A stretch of 32,000 nucleotides of DNA from Candidatus Iainarchaeum sp. (GTDB lineage: Archaea; Iainarchaeota; Iainarchaeia; Iainarchaeales; JACQJH01): assembly GCA_016205145.1 (NCBI GenBank), contig JACQJH010000002.1:270001-302000 (forward strand), written 5' to 3'. This document shows positions 1 to 8,332 of this stretch, piece by piece. Under the pieces are notes generated by a model. That model worked only from the letters and a program-made list of their open reading frames with translations. It did no database searches and was not told the DNA's origin. Both the position numbers and the translations under genes were made by a program. The first letter of the stretch is position 1, and each line of letters starts with the position of its first letter.

Positions 1-112
1 TGCCGGCAGGAGAAAAACCAGCGAAACCAGCGAAACCGAAAAATCAAAAAACCGCTTCAGCAACCGCACCACGCAGACACATTGGAAAACAGAAGAAAAG
101 AAATGCTTTGCC

Positions 113-1300
113 CTACGCCGGCCGGGCGGGGATTGACTCAAGTTCGCGCGCATACCTGCGGAGAAGCTTTTTCCGGTCAAAATGCGCTTCAGCAAAAGCC
201 CTTCCTTTCCTGCCGAGCCGTTCCCTGCGCCGCGCGTCTTTTTTGATGCGTATTACGGCATCAGCAAACCCGCGCGCGGTTTCCGCAACAACGATTCCGG
301 AACTCCTCTTCAAAATTCCGGAAAGCGCCCCGGAATTCGAGACAACCGGCTTTCCGCAGGCAAGGTATTCAAGGCACTTGTTAGGAATGAAACTCAGGCC
401 GGAAACCTTTTCAATCATTGAATTCACGCAGACATCGGCCTGCATCAGAAGCTCCGGAAGGGCGGCTTTGGGGATGACCGGCAGGAAGAGCACGTTGCCT
501 AGACGATTGGTTTTTGCAAAAGCCTTCAGGCCGGCTTTTCCGCTGCCGTCGCCCACAAGCACGAAAAGCAGTTCCTTATCATGGCGCAAAAGGACCGCGG
601 CTTCAAGCACGCGCTGAAGACCGTAAAACCGGCCCATGGGTCCCGCATACATCACGACAAACTTTTTCCAGCGCCGCTTTGCGGGCTTTTTGCCTGCAAA
701 CAAATCCAGGCTGACGCCGTTCGGAATCACAAGCACTTTTCCCGACCCGATTCCGGTTTTCAGGATTTCTTTCCTGAATTCATTGGTGACGCAGACAATC
801 CTGTCAGCAGACCTGTACAAAAGCCGCTCAATAAAGTTCCCAAGCCGCGCTAACAAGCCATTGCGCAGGGCGCCCATCAAGACAGGCACAAGCGGCCACA
901 GGTCCCTGACCTCTAAAACAAACCTGGCGCGCCTAGCCTTGGCAATGGCCAGGCCCGCAAGCCCGGACTGCAATGGCGGGGAACTCGCCAGGACAACATC
1001 AATCCGGGGGATTTTAAAGGAGGCAAAAAACGCGCCCAGCATGAAAGACTGCTGCGCCAAAAGCCTTCCGAAAAAGCCAGCGTGATGCGAACCTAGAACA
1101 TTGCAATAAATGACCTGAAGGTTCCTGCGCAGGACAACTTTTGTCACGCCGCGCTTTTTGTCGGTCATATAGTTCCTGTTTCCGGCCAGCACCCAGACAG
1201 TGTGACCGGCTTCCGCAAGAAAAACCGCCAAATCAAATGGCTTCGACGAACCCGGCTCGCCGGGAAGCGTGAAATGCTTGTGAATAATCAGAATATTCAA
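113..1300 (-). CDS. Glycosyltransferase family 4 (WbuB-like, GT-B fold)
   Basis: Track ORF 113..1339 (-). From the TTG at 1300 the product reads (M)NILIIHKHFTLPGEPGSSKPFDLAVFLAEAGHTVWVLAGNRNY, a typical N-terminus for WbuB-type GT4 enzymes. The C-terminal half has the GT-B sugar-nucleotide region (IPNKCLEYLACGKPVV). No in-frame ATG lies near the N-terminus. A TATA-like box (minus-strand CTATTAAATA, 1323-1332) sits ~27 nt upstream of the TTG at 1300, which favours that start. Other TTG/GTG candidates run up to 1339. Confidence 0.85.
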   Translation of the reverse strand: MNILIIHKHFTLPGEPGSSKPFDLAVFLAEAGHTVWVLAGNRNYMTDKKRGVTKVVLRRNLQVIYCNVLGSHHAGFFGRLLAQQSFMLGAFFASFKIPRIDVVLASSPPLQSGLAGLAIAKARRARFVLEVRDLWPLVPVLMGALRNGLLARLGNFIERLLYRSADRIVCVTNEFRKEILKTGIGSGKVLVIPNGVSLDLFAGKKPAKRRWKKFVVMYAGPMGRFYGLQRVLEAAVLLRHDKELLFVLVGDGSGKAGLKAFAKTNRLGNVLFLPVIPKAALPELLMQADVCVNSMIEKVSGLSFIPNKCLEYLACGKPVVSNSGALSGILKRSSGIVVAETARGFADAVIRIKKDARRRERLGRKGRAFAEAHFDRKKLLRRYARELESIPARPA

Positions 1301-1365
1301 AAAAACCACCAAATAAGGCAATGTATTTAATAGCAACAATCTAAAAAATTATTAGGATTGACTCA
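1301..1365. promoter_or_regulatory. AT-rich divergent promoter region between two glycosyltransferase genes
   Basis: This 65-nt AT-rich spacer holds two TATA-like boxes. TATTTAATAG (1323-1332) faces the minus-strand gene. AAAAATTATTA (1344-1354) faces the plus-strand gene and lies ~26 nt before the second ATG at 1375. Confidence 0.4.
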
Positions 1366-2550
1366 ATGACCCGTATGCATATTACCTGTTTGAATGGCTT
1401 TTTGATGGGAAAAGAAAGCGGCGGAGCAAAAAGAATCAATTATATTACACGGAATCTTTCAAGGCATTTTACCGTGACCAGAATGGACTTTGCCAGCACC
1501 ATAAAACTGGTGAAGCCAGCGGAGGAAACAATCTTGAACAAAAGCCTCACAAGATATGGCTTGCCACAAAGTCCAATTCTTAACGGGAGCCTGAAGGCAA
1601 TTGGCGTGCCGTATGGCGTGAGACAGCATTATTGCTCTGGCGGATGGTCGTTGCCTTCGAAGGTCATGGAAAAGGCAGGCAGCCCAGACATTATACAGGT
1701 TGAATTCCCGTACCTGTTCGAATTCGCGGCAAAAAAATTCCCCGGCAAAAAAATTGTGCTTTCCGAGCATAACGTGGAACTTGACATGCAGCCCATCATC
1801 GCAAAAGAGCACAAGATTAGAAAATTTTTTTATGCAAAAATTGAGGAAATAGAAAGAAATGCCGTTCAAAGTTCCGACGCAATTGTCACGGTTTCTGCGG
1901 AAGACGGACGAAGGATTTGCAGGCATTACAGCATAAAAAAAGGCAAAATAATCGTTTGCCCGAACGGCGCCGATACAAGGGAAATCGTGCCGGCTACAGC
2001 GGAACAAAAAAATGATGCAAAAAAAGCAATCGGAATAGGCCCGGAAAAAAAAGTGATACTATTCTGCGGCTCAAAATATGCCCCGAACAACGAGGCTGTG
2101 CGGGTCATCGAGCAAATTTCAAAGTCCGCGCCAAGGGAATACGTCTTTCTGATTGTCGGGCAAAGCGGGCTGCATAAAGGGCGGGAAAACAAAATTGTCA
2201 GGACTGGCTATGTCCCAGACATCAAGCCGTATTTTCAGGCGGCGGACCTTGCAATAAACCCAGTTTTGGATGGCGGGGGCTCAAACGTAAAGATGTTCGA
2301 ATACATGGCCGCCGGTCTGCCGATAGTTTCTACACCCGTCGGGAGACGTGGCATAGAAGCCAAAAACGGAAAGCATTTGGTCCTGTCGGAAGAAAAATAT
2401 TTTGCAGAAAATATCGAACTAATTGCATCTGACGAAAACCTGTGCGACAAAATAGGCAAAAATGCCAGAAGGCTTGCTGAACAGAAATATGACTGGGAAA
2501 AAACAACCTATCCGCTTGTAAAAAAATACAGGCAAATGCTGAAAAAATAG
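1366..2550 (+). CDS. Glycosyltransferase family 4 (GT-B fold)
   Basis: 394-aa ORF. The C-terminal Rossmann half carries NPVLDGGGSNVKMFEYMAAGLPIVSTPVGRRG, the GT4 E-x7-E type donor site. ATG at 1366; the ATG at 1375 (MHITCLNGF...) is an equally plausible start given the TATA spacing. Confidence 0.85.
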   Translation: MTRMHITCLNGFLMGKESGGAKRINYITRNLSRHFTVTRMDFASTIKLVKPAEETILNKSLTRYGLPQSPILNGSLKAIGVPYGVRQHYCSGGWSLPSKVMEKAGSPDIIQVEFPYLFEFAAKKFPGKKIVLSEHNVELDMQPIIAKEHKIRKFFYAKIEEIERNAVQSSDAIVTVSAEDGRRICRHYSIKKGKIIVCPNGADTREIVPATAEQKNDAKKAIGIGPEKKVILFCGSKYAPNNEAVRVIEQISKSAPREYVFLIVGQSGLHKGRENKIVRTGYVPDIKPYFQAADLAINPVLDGGGSNVKMFEYMAAGLPIVSTPVGRRGIEAKNGKHLVLSEEKYFAENIELIASDENLCDKIGKNARRLAEQKYDWEKTTYPLVKKYRQMLKK

Positions 2551-2563
2551 CAGAAGGCAGAAA

Positions 2564-3484
2564 ATGGGAAATGAGATAGCCAACCTGGAAAAAAGCGGCC
2601 GTGGGGCGTTCGTAACGGCAGTCATCCTACTTTACAACAGCCGAAACCATGTAATGAATTGTATTGAATCTTTCAGAAACCTGGATTACAAAAACTTTCA
2701 AATAATTGTTGTTGATAATTACTCTGTTGACGGAAGCCTTGACGTTGTCAGACAAAAATACCCGTCAATAAGGACAATAAAAAACGAAAAAAACCTTGGC
2801 TATGCTGCCGGAAATAACATCGGCATAATGGAGGCTCTCAAAGACAAAAAAACAAAATATGTTTACATTACCAACCCGGACATTTTACAGGAAAGGGGCA
2901 CACTTGGAAAACTCGTTAGAAGAGCCGAACAAGAAAAAGACTGCGGCATCATCGGACCAGTCATATACGAAAGCGCTTCCGGCGGGGTGGAATTTGCCGG
3001 CGCCACAATCGACAATGCGACTGGAAAAATAACTTTTTTACATCAAAAACCGAAAAAGGCGCTTGAAAGCCTTTACGCGATGGGCTGCGCAATGCTTGTA
3101 AACAGGAAAGTGTTTGAAAAAATAGGCTTGTTTGATCCCGACTATTTCTGCTACTGGGAAGAAACGGATTTTTGCATGCGTGCAAAAAAAGCAGGATTCA
3201 GAGTGTTGGTGACACCTGAAACCACAATAATCCACAAAGGCATTGAAGAGAAAGAAAAGGATTTATGGCACAATCTGGAAAAAAACTATTTTTTGTCAAA
3301 AAACTATTTTCGTTTTGTCAAAAATAATATTGAAAAACGCAGGCACAAGGAATTTATACTGGCTTTTTTAACCACGACATTTCTGAAAAAAATTAAAGCC
3401 GGGGCATTAAAAGCTGACTTTGCTACAATTTTAGGGACGCTTGCAGGAACCACTAAAGGGGCGATAGAATTCTGCCTACATTAA
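2564..3484 (+). CDS. Glycosyltransferase family 2 (GT-A fold, rhamnosyltransferase-like)
   Basis: The N-terminus VTAVILLYNSRNHVMNCIESFRNLDYKNFQIIVVDNYSVDGS is the classic GT2 start. It is followed by ITNPD and GCAMLVNRKVFEKIGLFDPDYFCYWEETDFCMRAKKAGF. The start lies 13 nt after the upstream stop. Confidence 0.9.
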   Translation: MGNEIANLEKSGRGAFVTAVILLYNSRNHVMNCIESFRNLDYKNFQIIVVDNYSVDGSLDVVRQKYPSIRTIKNEKNLGYAAGNNIGIMEALKDKKTKYVYITNPDILQERGTLGKLVRRAEQEKDCGIIGPVIYESASGGVEFAGATIDNATGKITFLHQKPKKALESLYAMGCAMLVNRKVFEKIGLFDPDYFCYWEETDFCMRAKKAGFRVLVTPETTIIHKGIEEKEKDLWHNLEKNYFLSKNYFRFVKNNIEKRRHKEFILAFLTTTFLKKIKAGALKADFATILGTLAGTTKGAIEFCLH

Positions 3485-3500
3485 GTTCAATGTGGGTTGC

Positions 3501-4733
3501 ATGACTATCCCCTTAAAAAAAAAACGGAAACTGACTGCGATGACCAGAAATCACCTGATCCTCTCGAACACGCTTCCGGAAAGGCACCCGTACGCGCTCC
3601 TGCTTTACTCCGGACTCAGGAAACACGGATTTGAAGTGCAAAGCCCGCAGAACAGGGCGGGCGTGCGCCTTTGCGCGGAGATTGCGGCAATTTTCCCTAA
3701 AACCCGCATCGTGCATTTGCACTGGATAGAGCACGTTTTCAGCGGCGGGCCCGGAAAATTCCCCGCCATGGCCGGGATTGTCATGGCATCGGCGTTCCTG
3801 TGCTTTCTTGCGCTCGCAAAGTTTCTCGGCAAAAAAATCGTCATAACAATCCACAACGTCGAACCGCACAGGACGCTTTTTCCGCGGCTGGAAAAAGAAG
3901 TGTTCGGCCTCGCCATAAGGATTGCCGACGCGGTGATAGTGCACAATGCCTGGAGCAAAAGGAAGGCAGTTGCTGTTTACCGGCTGAACGGGCGCCAGGC
4001 GGGAAAAATCAGCGTGATACCGCACGGTAATTTCATCGGATACTACAAAAATTCCGCGGGCAGGAAAAAGGCGAGGGCATCGCTTCAAATCCCGCAAAAC
4101 TGTTTTGTGCTCCTGGTTTTCGGCGAAATGCGCGAACAGAAGGGCATTGCCGTGTTCCTGAAGGCGGCCGGGAACGCCATAAAAAAGGACAAGGGCATTT
4201 TTGTGGTGTTTGCCGGCAGGTGCCTCGAGGACAGAGTGAAAGAATCCATTTTGTCGTTTGCGGAAAAGTTTAAGGGAAACTGCATTGCAAGGCTTGAATT
4301 CATTCCAGATGCGGAAGTGCGGGCGTTCATCAACGCGGCCGACGCCGGAGTGCTGCCATACGAGAGGGTTTCAACGTCTGGCGCGCTGATACTGTTCATG
4401 TCCTGCAACAAGGCGGTAATCGCGCCAAAACTCGGGCCGGTGACGGAACTGCTCGGCGCATATCCGCTTCTTTTCAAGCCGAAAAACGCGAAAAGCCTTG
4501 AGAGGGCAATCTTCAAATCTAAAAAATTGCGTCTGGAAAAAATCGGGGAAGGCCTCCGCGCAAAATCCAAACGGCTCGGATGGAAAACAATTTCCGGGTC
4601 GACGGCCAGATTATTCGAAAAAATCCTGGACAGAAGGCGGGGCGGGCAGAAACCGGGCCGGCGGAAAAGCCGGCGGCCGGCTGGAAAACCAAAAACAATG
4701 CTTAAAGCCAGAACGGCCAAGAGCATAACCTAA
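3501..4733 (+). CDS. Glycosyltransferase (GT-B, GT4/GT1-like) with basic C-terminal tail
   Basis: Track ORF 3492..4733. Motifs include GKKIVITIHNVEPH and VLPYERVSTSGALILFMSCNKAVIAPKLGP (GT-B donor-binding half). Start is ambiguous: GTG 3492, ATG 3501 or ATG 3540 (MTRNHLILSN). The last ~35 aa are Arg/Lys/Pro-rich (RRRGGQKPGRRKSRRPAGKPK). Confidence 0.8.
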   Translation: MTIPLKKKRKLTAMTRNHLILSNTLPERHPYALLLYSGLRKHGFEVQSPQNRAGVRLCAEIAAIFPKTRIVHLHWIEHVFSGGPGKFPAMAGIVMASAFLCFLALAKFLGKKIVITIHNVEPHRTLFPRLEKEVFGLAIRIADAVIVHNAWSKRKAVAVYRLNGRQAGKISVIPHGNFIGYYKNSAGRKKARASLQIPQNCFVLLVFGEMREQKGIAVFLKAAGNAIKKDKGIFVVFAGRCLEDRVKESILSFAEKFKGNCIARLEFIPDAEVRAFINAADAGVLPYERVSTSGALILFMSCNKAVIAPKLGPVTELLGAYPLLFKPKNAKSLERAIFKSKKLRLEKIGEGLRAKSKRLGWKTISGSTARLFEKILDRRRGGQKPGRRKSRRPAGKPKTMLKARTAKSIT

Positions 4734-4742
4734 GGTGGCGCA

Positions 4743-5924
4743 ATGGAAAAAACCAGAATCTGCATTTTCGACGCGGTTCACAAGGCGAACGACTCGAGAA
4801 TTTTTTACCGGGAGGCAAGGAGCCTCGCAAAAAGGTTTGCCACCAGCATGATAGCCCAAAGCGACTGCCAGAATCCGGAAAGCCGGGAAATAAAATTTGT
4901 GTTCATAAAACCGCAGAAAAACCGCCTTTTGAGGGTGCTGTTCACGGACTTTGAAATTTTCAGGAAAGCGCTCGGGCAGAACGCCGACATATACCACTTC
5001 CACTGCCCGGAAATGCTCGGCTATGCCGTGATGCTCAGGCTACTCGGAAAAAAGGTCATTTACGACGTCCACGAAAACTATACGCAGTTCATTCTCTACA
5101 AGCACTACCTACCAAGGCCGGCAAGGAAGCCCCTGGCGTTCCTGTTCCGGCATTTTGAGGACTTTTGCTGCGGTTTCTTTGACACCATCATTTTGTCAGA
5201 CGGGGTTTACCTGAAGCGGTTTGAAAAATTCGCGGACAAATGCGTTTTGATAAAAAATTATGACGTGCCGGAAGACCTGGGCGCTTTTGCCGGAAAGCGC
5301 AGGGGCAAAAAAACTTTCGGAATCATTTATGCCGGAAGCGTGCAGGGGATTCGCGGCATGCAAAACATGCTCAACGCATTCGCCGAGGCCTCCGCACGCA
5401 TTCCGCAGGCGAGGCTTTCAATAGTCGGCTCGCCCGAATCCGAGGAATACGCGCGGTGGCTCAGGGGATACGCCGAAAGCCTCGGCATCGGCGCAAAAAC
5501 CGGGTTTTTGTGCGATGGGTTTGTCGACCACCGCGAAATAGAGGCGCATTACAATGCCGCCGACATCGGGCTTGCATTGTATCCGCGCATAAGGATACAC
5601 CGCCACAAATTCGTGACCAAATTCTTCGAATGCATGAAGCACGGCGTTCCGATAATCGCAAGCGACTTTCCGGAGTGGAAAAGCTTTCTGAAAAAATACG
5701 GCTGCGGGACCACCGCCGACCCCAAAAAACCCGCCGAAGTGGCCGAAAAGATCGTTTGGCTCGCTAAAAATCCCGCCGCAAGGAAAGCGATGTCGGAGGC
5801 CGGAAAAAAGGCGTTCAGGGAAAAATTCAACTGGTCGTCGGAGGAAAAAAAGCTCTTTGAATTGTATGAAAAACTGGTTGAATCCACCCGCAATAAAAGC
5901 GCCGTGGGAGATGCTTCCAGATGA
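4743..5924 (+). CDS. Glycosyltransferase family 4 (GT-B fold)
   Basis: 393-aa ORF. Motifs: IYHFHCPEMLGYAVMLRLLGKKVIYDVHENY (N-domain) and TKFFECMKHGVPIIASDFPEWKSFLKKYGCG (E-x7-E-like donor site). The start lies 9 nt after the upstream stop. Confidence 0.85.
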   Translation: MEKTRICIFDAVHKANDSRIFYREARSLAKRFATSMIAQSDCQNPESREIKFVFIKPQKNRLLRVLFTDFEIFRKALGQNADIYHFHCPEMLGYAVMLRLLGKKVIYDVHENYTQFILYKHYLPRPARKPLAFLFRHFEDFCCGFFDTIILSDGVYLKRFEKFADKCVLIKNYDVPEDLGAFAGKRRGKKTFGIIYAGSVQGIRGMQNMLNAFAEASARIPQARLSIVGSPESEEYARWLRGYAESLGIGAKTGFLCDGFVDHREIEAHYNAADIGLALYPRIRIHRHKFVTKFFECMKHGVPIIASDFPEWKSFLKKYGCGTTADPKKPAEVAEKIVWLAKNPAARKAMSEAGKKAFREKFNWSSEEKKLFELYEKLVESTRNKSAVGDASR

Positions 5925-6865
5925 GCGCCGCAAAAAACCGGCCGGATTTTGTCGTAATCGGCGCGCAAAAGGCGGGCACGTCGTTTGTGGCCAGGTGCCT
6001 TGCCGGGCATCCGCGGATTTTCATGCCTGAAACTGAGATTCCTTTTTTCAGGAACGAAAACGCGCCGGTGAAGGACGCGGAAGATTTCAATGCCCTGTTT
6101 GCCGGACTCGATGGCGGGACCATTGCCGGCGTAAAGGACCCGCTGTATTTGGCCACTGCGGGCTGCGCCGAAAAAATTGCGGAGAACAATCCCGGCACAA
6201 AAATCATTGCGGTTCTGCGCGACCCGCTTGACAGGATGCTGTCCGCATATTACATGAACATGTGCTGCAACCAGCTGCCGGTCGTGGAACCCGAAACAGG
6301 CATTGCAAGAATCCTTGAAAAGCGCGGCCGCGACAAAAGCGGACCGGAGCGCCGCCTCACGGAATGCGGCTTTTACCACCGGCATCTTTCAAGGTATTAC
6401 AGGAATTTTGACAGGGCACAGGTTATGGTCCTGCTTTACGACGACCTGAAAGCCAGCCCGCTTGCGGAAATCCGCAAAATCTACGGGTTTTTGGGAGCGG
6501 AAAAAAACTTCAAGCCAGGCTGCATCGGCAGAAGGGAAAACGCGGGCACGTATTCCCTGACAGCAATCCGGCTGTTCGCCCTGGCGCAGGCGGCCCTCTT
6601 TGTGCGGAACACGTCATTCGGCCTTGCGGATGGCGGCGTGTATTTGCATTGCCGCCCAAAAAACCGGTTTTGCGGGGCAATAGCCGGCGCCGGAAAAGGC
6701 ATTTACAGGGAACTGCTGCCCTGCATCGGAAAAAAACCGCGCTTAAGCCGCGGCCTGTCCGAAAAAATCAGGAAAATGTATGCGCCGGACATCCGCAGGC
6801 TTGAAAAAATACTCGGCAGAAACCTTTCCGGATGGAAAGCCAACGGCGGCGAAAACAACGGCTGA
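5921..6865 (+). CDS. PAPS-dependent sulfotransferase domain protein
   Basis: The 5'-phosphosulfate-binding loop is present (PDFVVIGAQKAGTSFV), as is the 3'-phosphate-binding motif (AVLRDPLDRMLSAYY). GFYHRHLSRYYRNFDRAQVMVLLYDDL is typical of the Sulfotransfer_1/3 families. The start ATG overlaps the upstream stop (ATGA at 5921-5924), indicating translational coupling to the preceding glycosyltransferase. Confidence 0.85.
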   Translation: MSAAKNRPDFVVIGAQKAGTSFVARCLAGHPRIFMPETEIPFFRNENAPVKDAEDFNALFAGLDGGTIAGVKDPLYLATAGCAEKIAENNPGTKIIAVLRDPLDRMLSAYYMNMCCNQLPVVEPETGIARILEKRGRDKSGPERRLTECGFYHRHLSRYYRNFDRAQVMVLLYDDLKASPLAEIRKIYGFLGAEKNFKPGCIGRRENAGTYSLTAIRLFALAQAALFVRNTSFGLADGGVYLHCRPKNRFCGAIAGAGKGIYRELLPCIGKKPRLSRGLSEKIRKMYAPDIRRLEKILGRNLSGWKANGGENNG

Positions 6866-6936
6866 CCGGCCGGTTTCCGATATGGCCACGGCATCTTGCG
6901 GGGCACTGCGGGAAAAGCCGCTTGGGCAAATGTGCA

Positions 6937-8292
6937 TTATAACCGCCACGGCCAGAAAACAAGCATTCCCGCCGAAAGCCACAAAATCCTTTGCCCGGAA
7001 AAGTCAAAGCTGAACTGGGCCTCGACAAGCCCGATGGCAAAGGCTACAAAAAAAAGAATAAAAAAATCCCTTTCATGCCCGGCCGCCATCGGCTTCAGCC
7101 GCAGGAAAAACGAATAAATGGCCAAAACCAGGAACACTGCAAGCAACGCCAGGCCGGCTGCGCCCAGTTCGCTTGAAGCCTCAAGGAAAATGTTGTGAGG
7201 ATAAGGAACGGGCCTGTTTCCCAGGACAATAAGGGAATACTCCGGCAGCGTGGAACCGTACTCTTTGGAAAAAGCGCCCAGGCCCCATCCCAAAAGCGGC
7301 TTTTTCATTGTGAGGCCAATCGCGGCAGAATAAAGTGCGCCCCTGGCCGAAATGCCGCGGTCCTCGGACAGAAAATCAGGCGAAATGAAGACGAATGCCT
7401 GCGGGAAAAGAAAAAACGCCAGGACGCAGAACGCGGCGGCTAACGCGGAAAAAACCAGGAACGCCCTGCCGAACCTTTTTGCAAAAAACACCGCGAACAA
7501 AACCGAGCCCGCGAGCAGGCTCAATATCGGCCCGAGGGACTGGGAAAAAACCGCCAGCAGGAGAAAGAACGCGGCGCAGGCGCCGAAAAAAAGCCTCTTG
7601 GCCGGCGGGCCGGGCCGCATGGAATAAAAGGCGCTTATGAAAAAACCCAGGGCAAAAAAAATTCCAAGAAGGACTATGTTGCGGGCGAGGCCAAGGGTTG
7701 CCTCGCGGAAATCCACGAAAAACAGGAGCGAATAAACAAACAGGCCGGAGCCCATTCCGAGTATGCCGAAAAAGACCGCCTTGAAAAACCGGTCGAACTG
7801 CCCCGAACCAGTGCCCACGAACGCGGGAAACAGGAAAACCGGGACTGCCATGACCAAGAAACTCGAGAATTTTTCGGCTCCCTGCGCGGCATCCGACGAC
7901 CACATAAGAGACAGGCCCATTAATGCCGTGAAAAGCGCGAAAAAAATCGCTGGCGCGGAAAAAATTTTTGCGAAAAAATCGTTTTTCCTCACGGGCGACA
8001 ATGCCACGGCAAGCGCAAGCACCGGCAACACGACAAAAACGGGGTTTATTATGTGCTCGAAGTTTTCCGGAAAAAGCGCGAACATCGGCGACAGGAAAAA
8101 CACCGCGAACGCAATCCCCGGATTCCTTGCAAGGACGGGCAGGTTGACGAGGCAAAACAGCGCAAGCAAAAAAACCGTTTCGGGCAGGCGCACCACGCCG
8201 GAAACGAAAAAGACCGCGCACAAGCCCGCCAAAAAAAATTTCCACCACAAGCCGGAAACGCCCGGCTCCTGATGCGTGACTGCGGCGGGCAT
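6937..8292 (-). CDS. O-antigen ligase/polymerase-like (Wzy_C family) polytopic membrane protein
   Basis: Track ORF 6937..8367 (TTG). The ATG at 8292 (MPAAVTHQEPGV...) avoids overlap with the upstream gene and lies 28 nt downstream of a TATA-like box (minus-strand CTTTATATT, 8316-8324). The protein is very hydrophobic with more than 10 TM segments. It carries the Wzy_C loop motif PVPYPHNIFLEASSELGAAGLALL. Confidence 0.8.
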   Translation of the reverse strand: MPAAVTHQEPGVSGLWWKFFLAGLCAVFFVSGVVRLPETVFLLALFCLVNLPVLARNPGIAFAVFFLSPMFALFPENFEHIINPVFVVLPVLALAVALSPVRKNDFFAKIFSAPAIFFALFTALMGLSLMWSSDAAQGAEKFSSFLVMAVPVFLFPAFVGTGSGQFDRFFKAVFFGILGMGSGLFVYSLLFFVDFREATLGLARNIVLLGIFFALGFFISAFYSMRPGPPAKRLFFGACAAFFLLLAVFSQSLGPILSLLAGSVLFAVFFAKRFGRAFLVFSALAAAFCVLAFFLFPQAFVFISPDFLSEDRGISARGALYSAAIGLTMKKPLLGWGLGAFSKEYGSTLPEYSLIVLGNRPVPYPHNIFLEASSELGAAGLALLAVFLVLAIYSFFLRLKPMAAGHERDFFILFFVAFAIGLVEAQFSFDFSGQRILWLSAGMLVFWPWRL

Positions 8293-8332
8293 AAAACAAA
8301 AATATGCGGAGCGCGAATATAAAGCTTTCCGG

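Noticed and set aside
1-617. An open plus-strand frame running from the window edge (PAGEKPAKPAKPKNQK...) through track ORF 108..617, with a short tandem ACCAGCGAA x2 at 19-36
   Set aside because: From 113 onward it is antisense to a well-supported GT4 gene. The first ~110 nt could be the basic tail of an upstream gene, but no stop or motif lets me define it, so no feature is called.
3513-4726. Antisense ORFs 3513..4097 (194 aa) and 4085..4726 (213 aa) opposite the 3501..4733 glycosyltransferase
   Set aside because: They have no motifs and a biased Arg/Pro/Ser composition. The sense frame has clear GT-B signatures.
5549-6385. 278-aa antisense ORF spanning the GT4/sulfotransferase junction
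   Set aside because: It lies opposite two well-supported, translationally coupled genes and contains no recognisable motif. Long antisense ORFs are expected in GC-rich coding sequence.
7376-8299. 307-aa minus-strand ORF, and plus-strand ORFs 7763..8272 and 7352..7640, inside the Wzy-like gene
   Set aside because: These are Arg/Gly/Pro-rich low-complexity translations. The chosen frame (6937..8292) gives a coherent polytopic protein with the Wzy_C motif.
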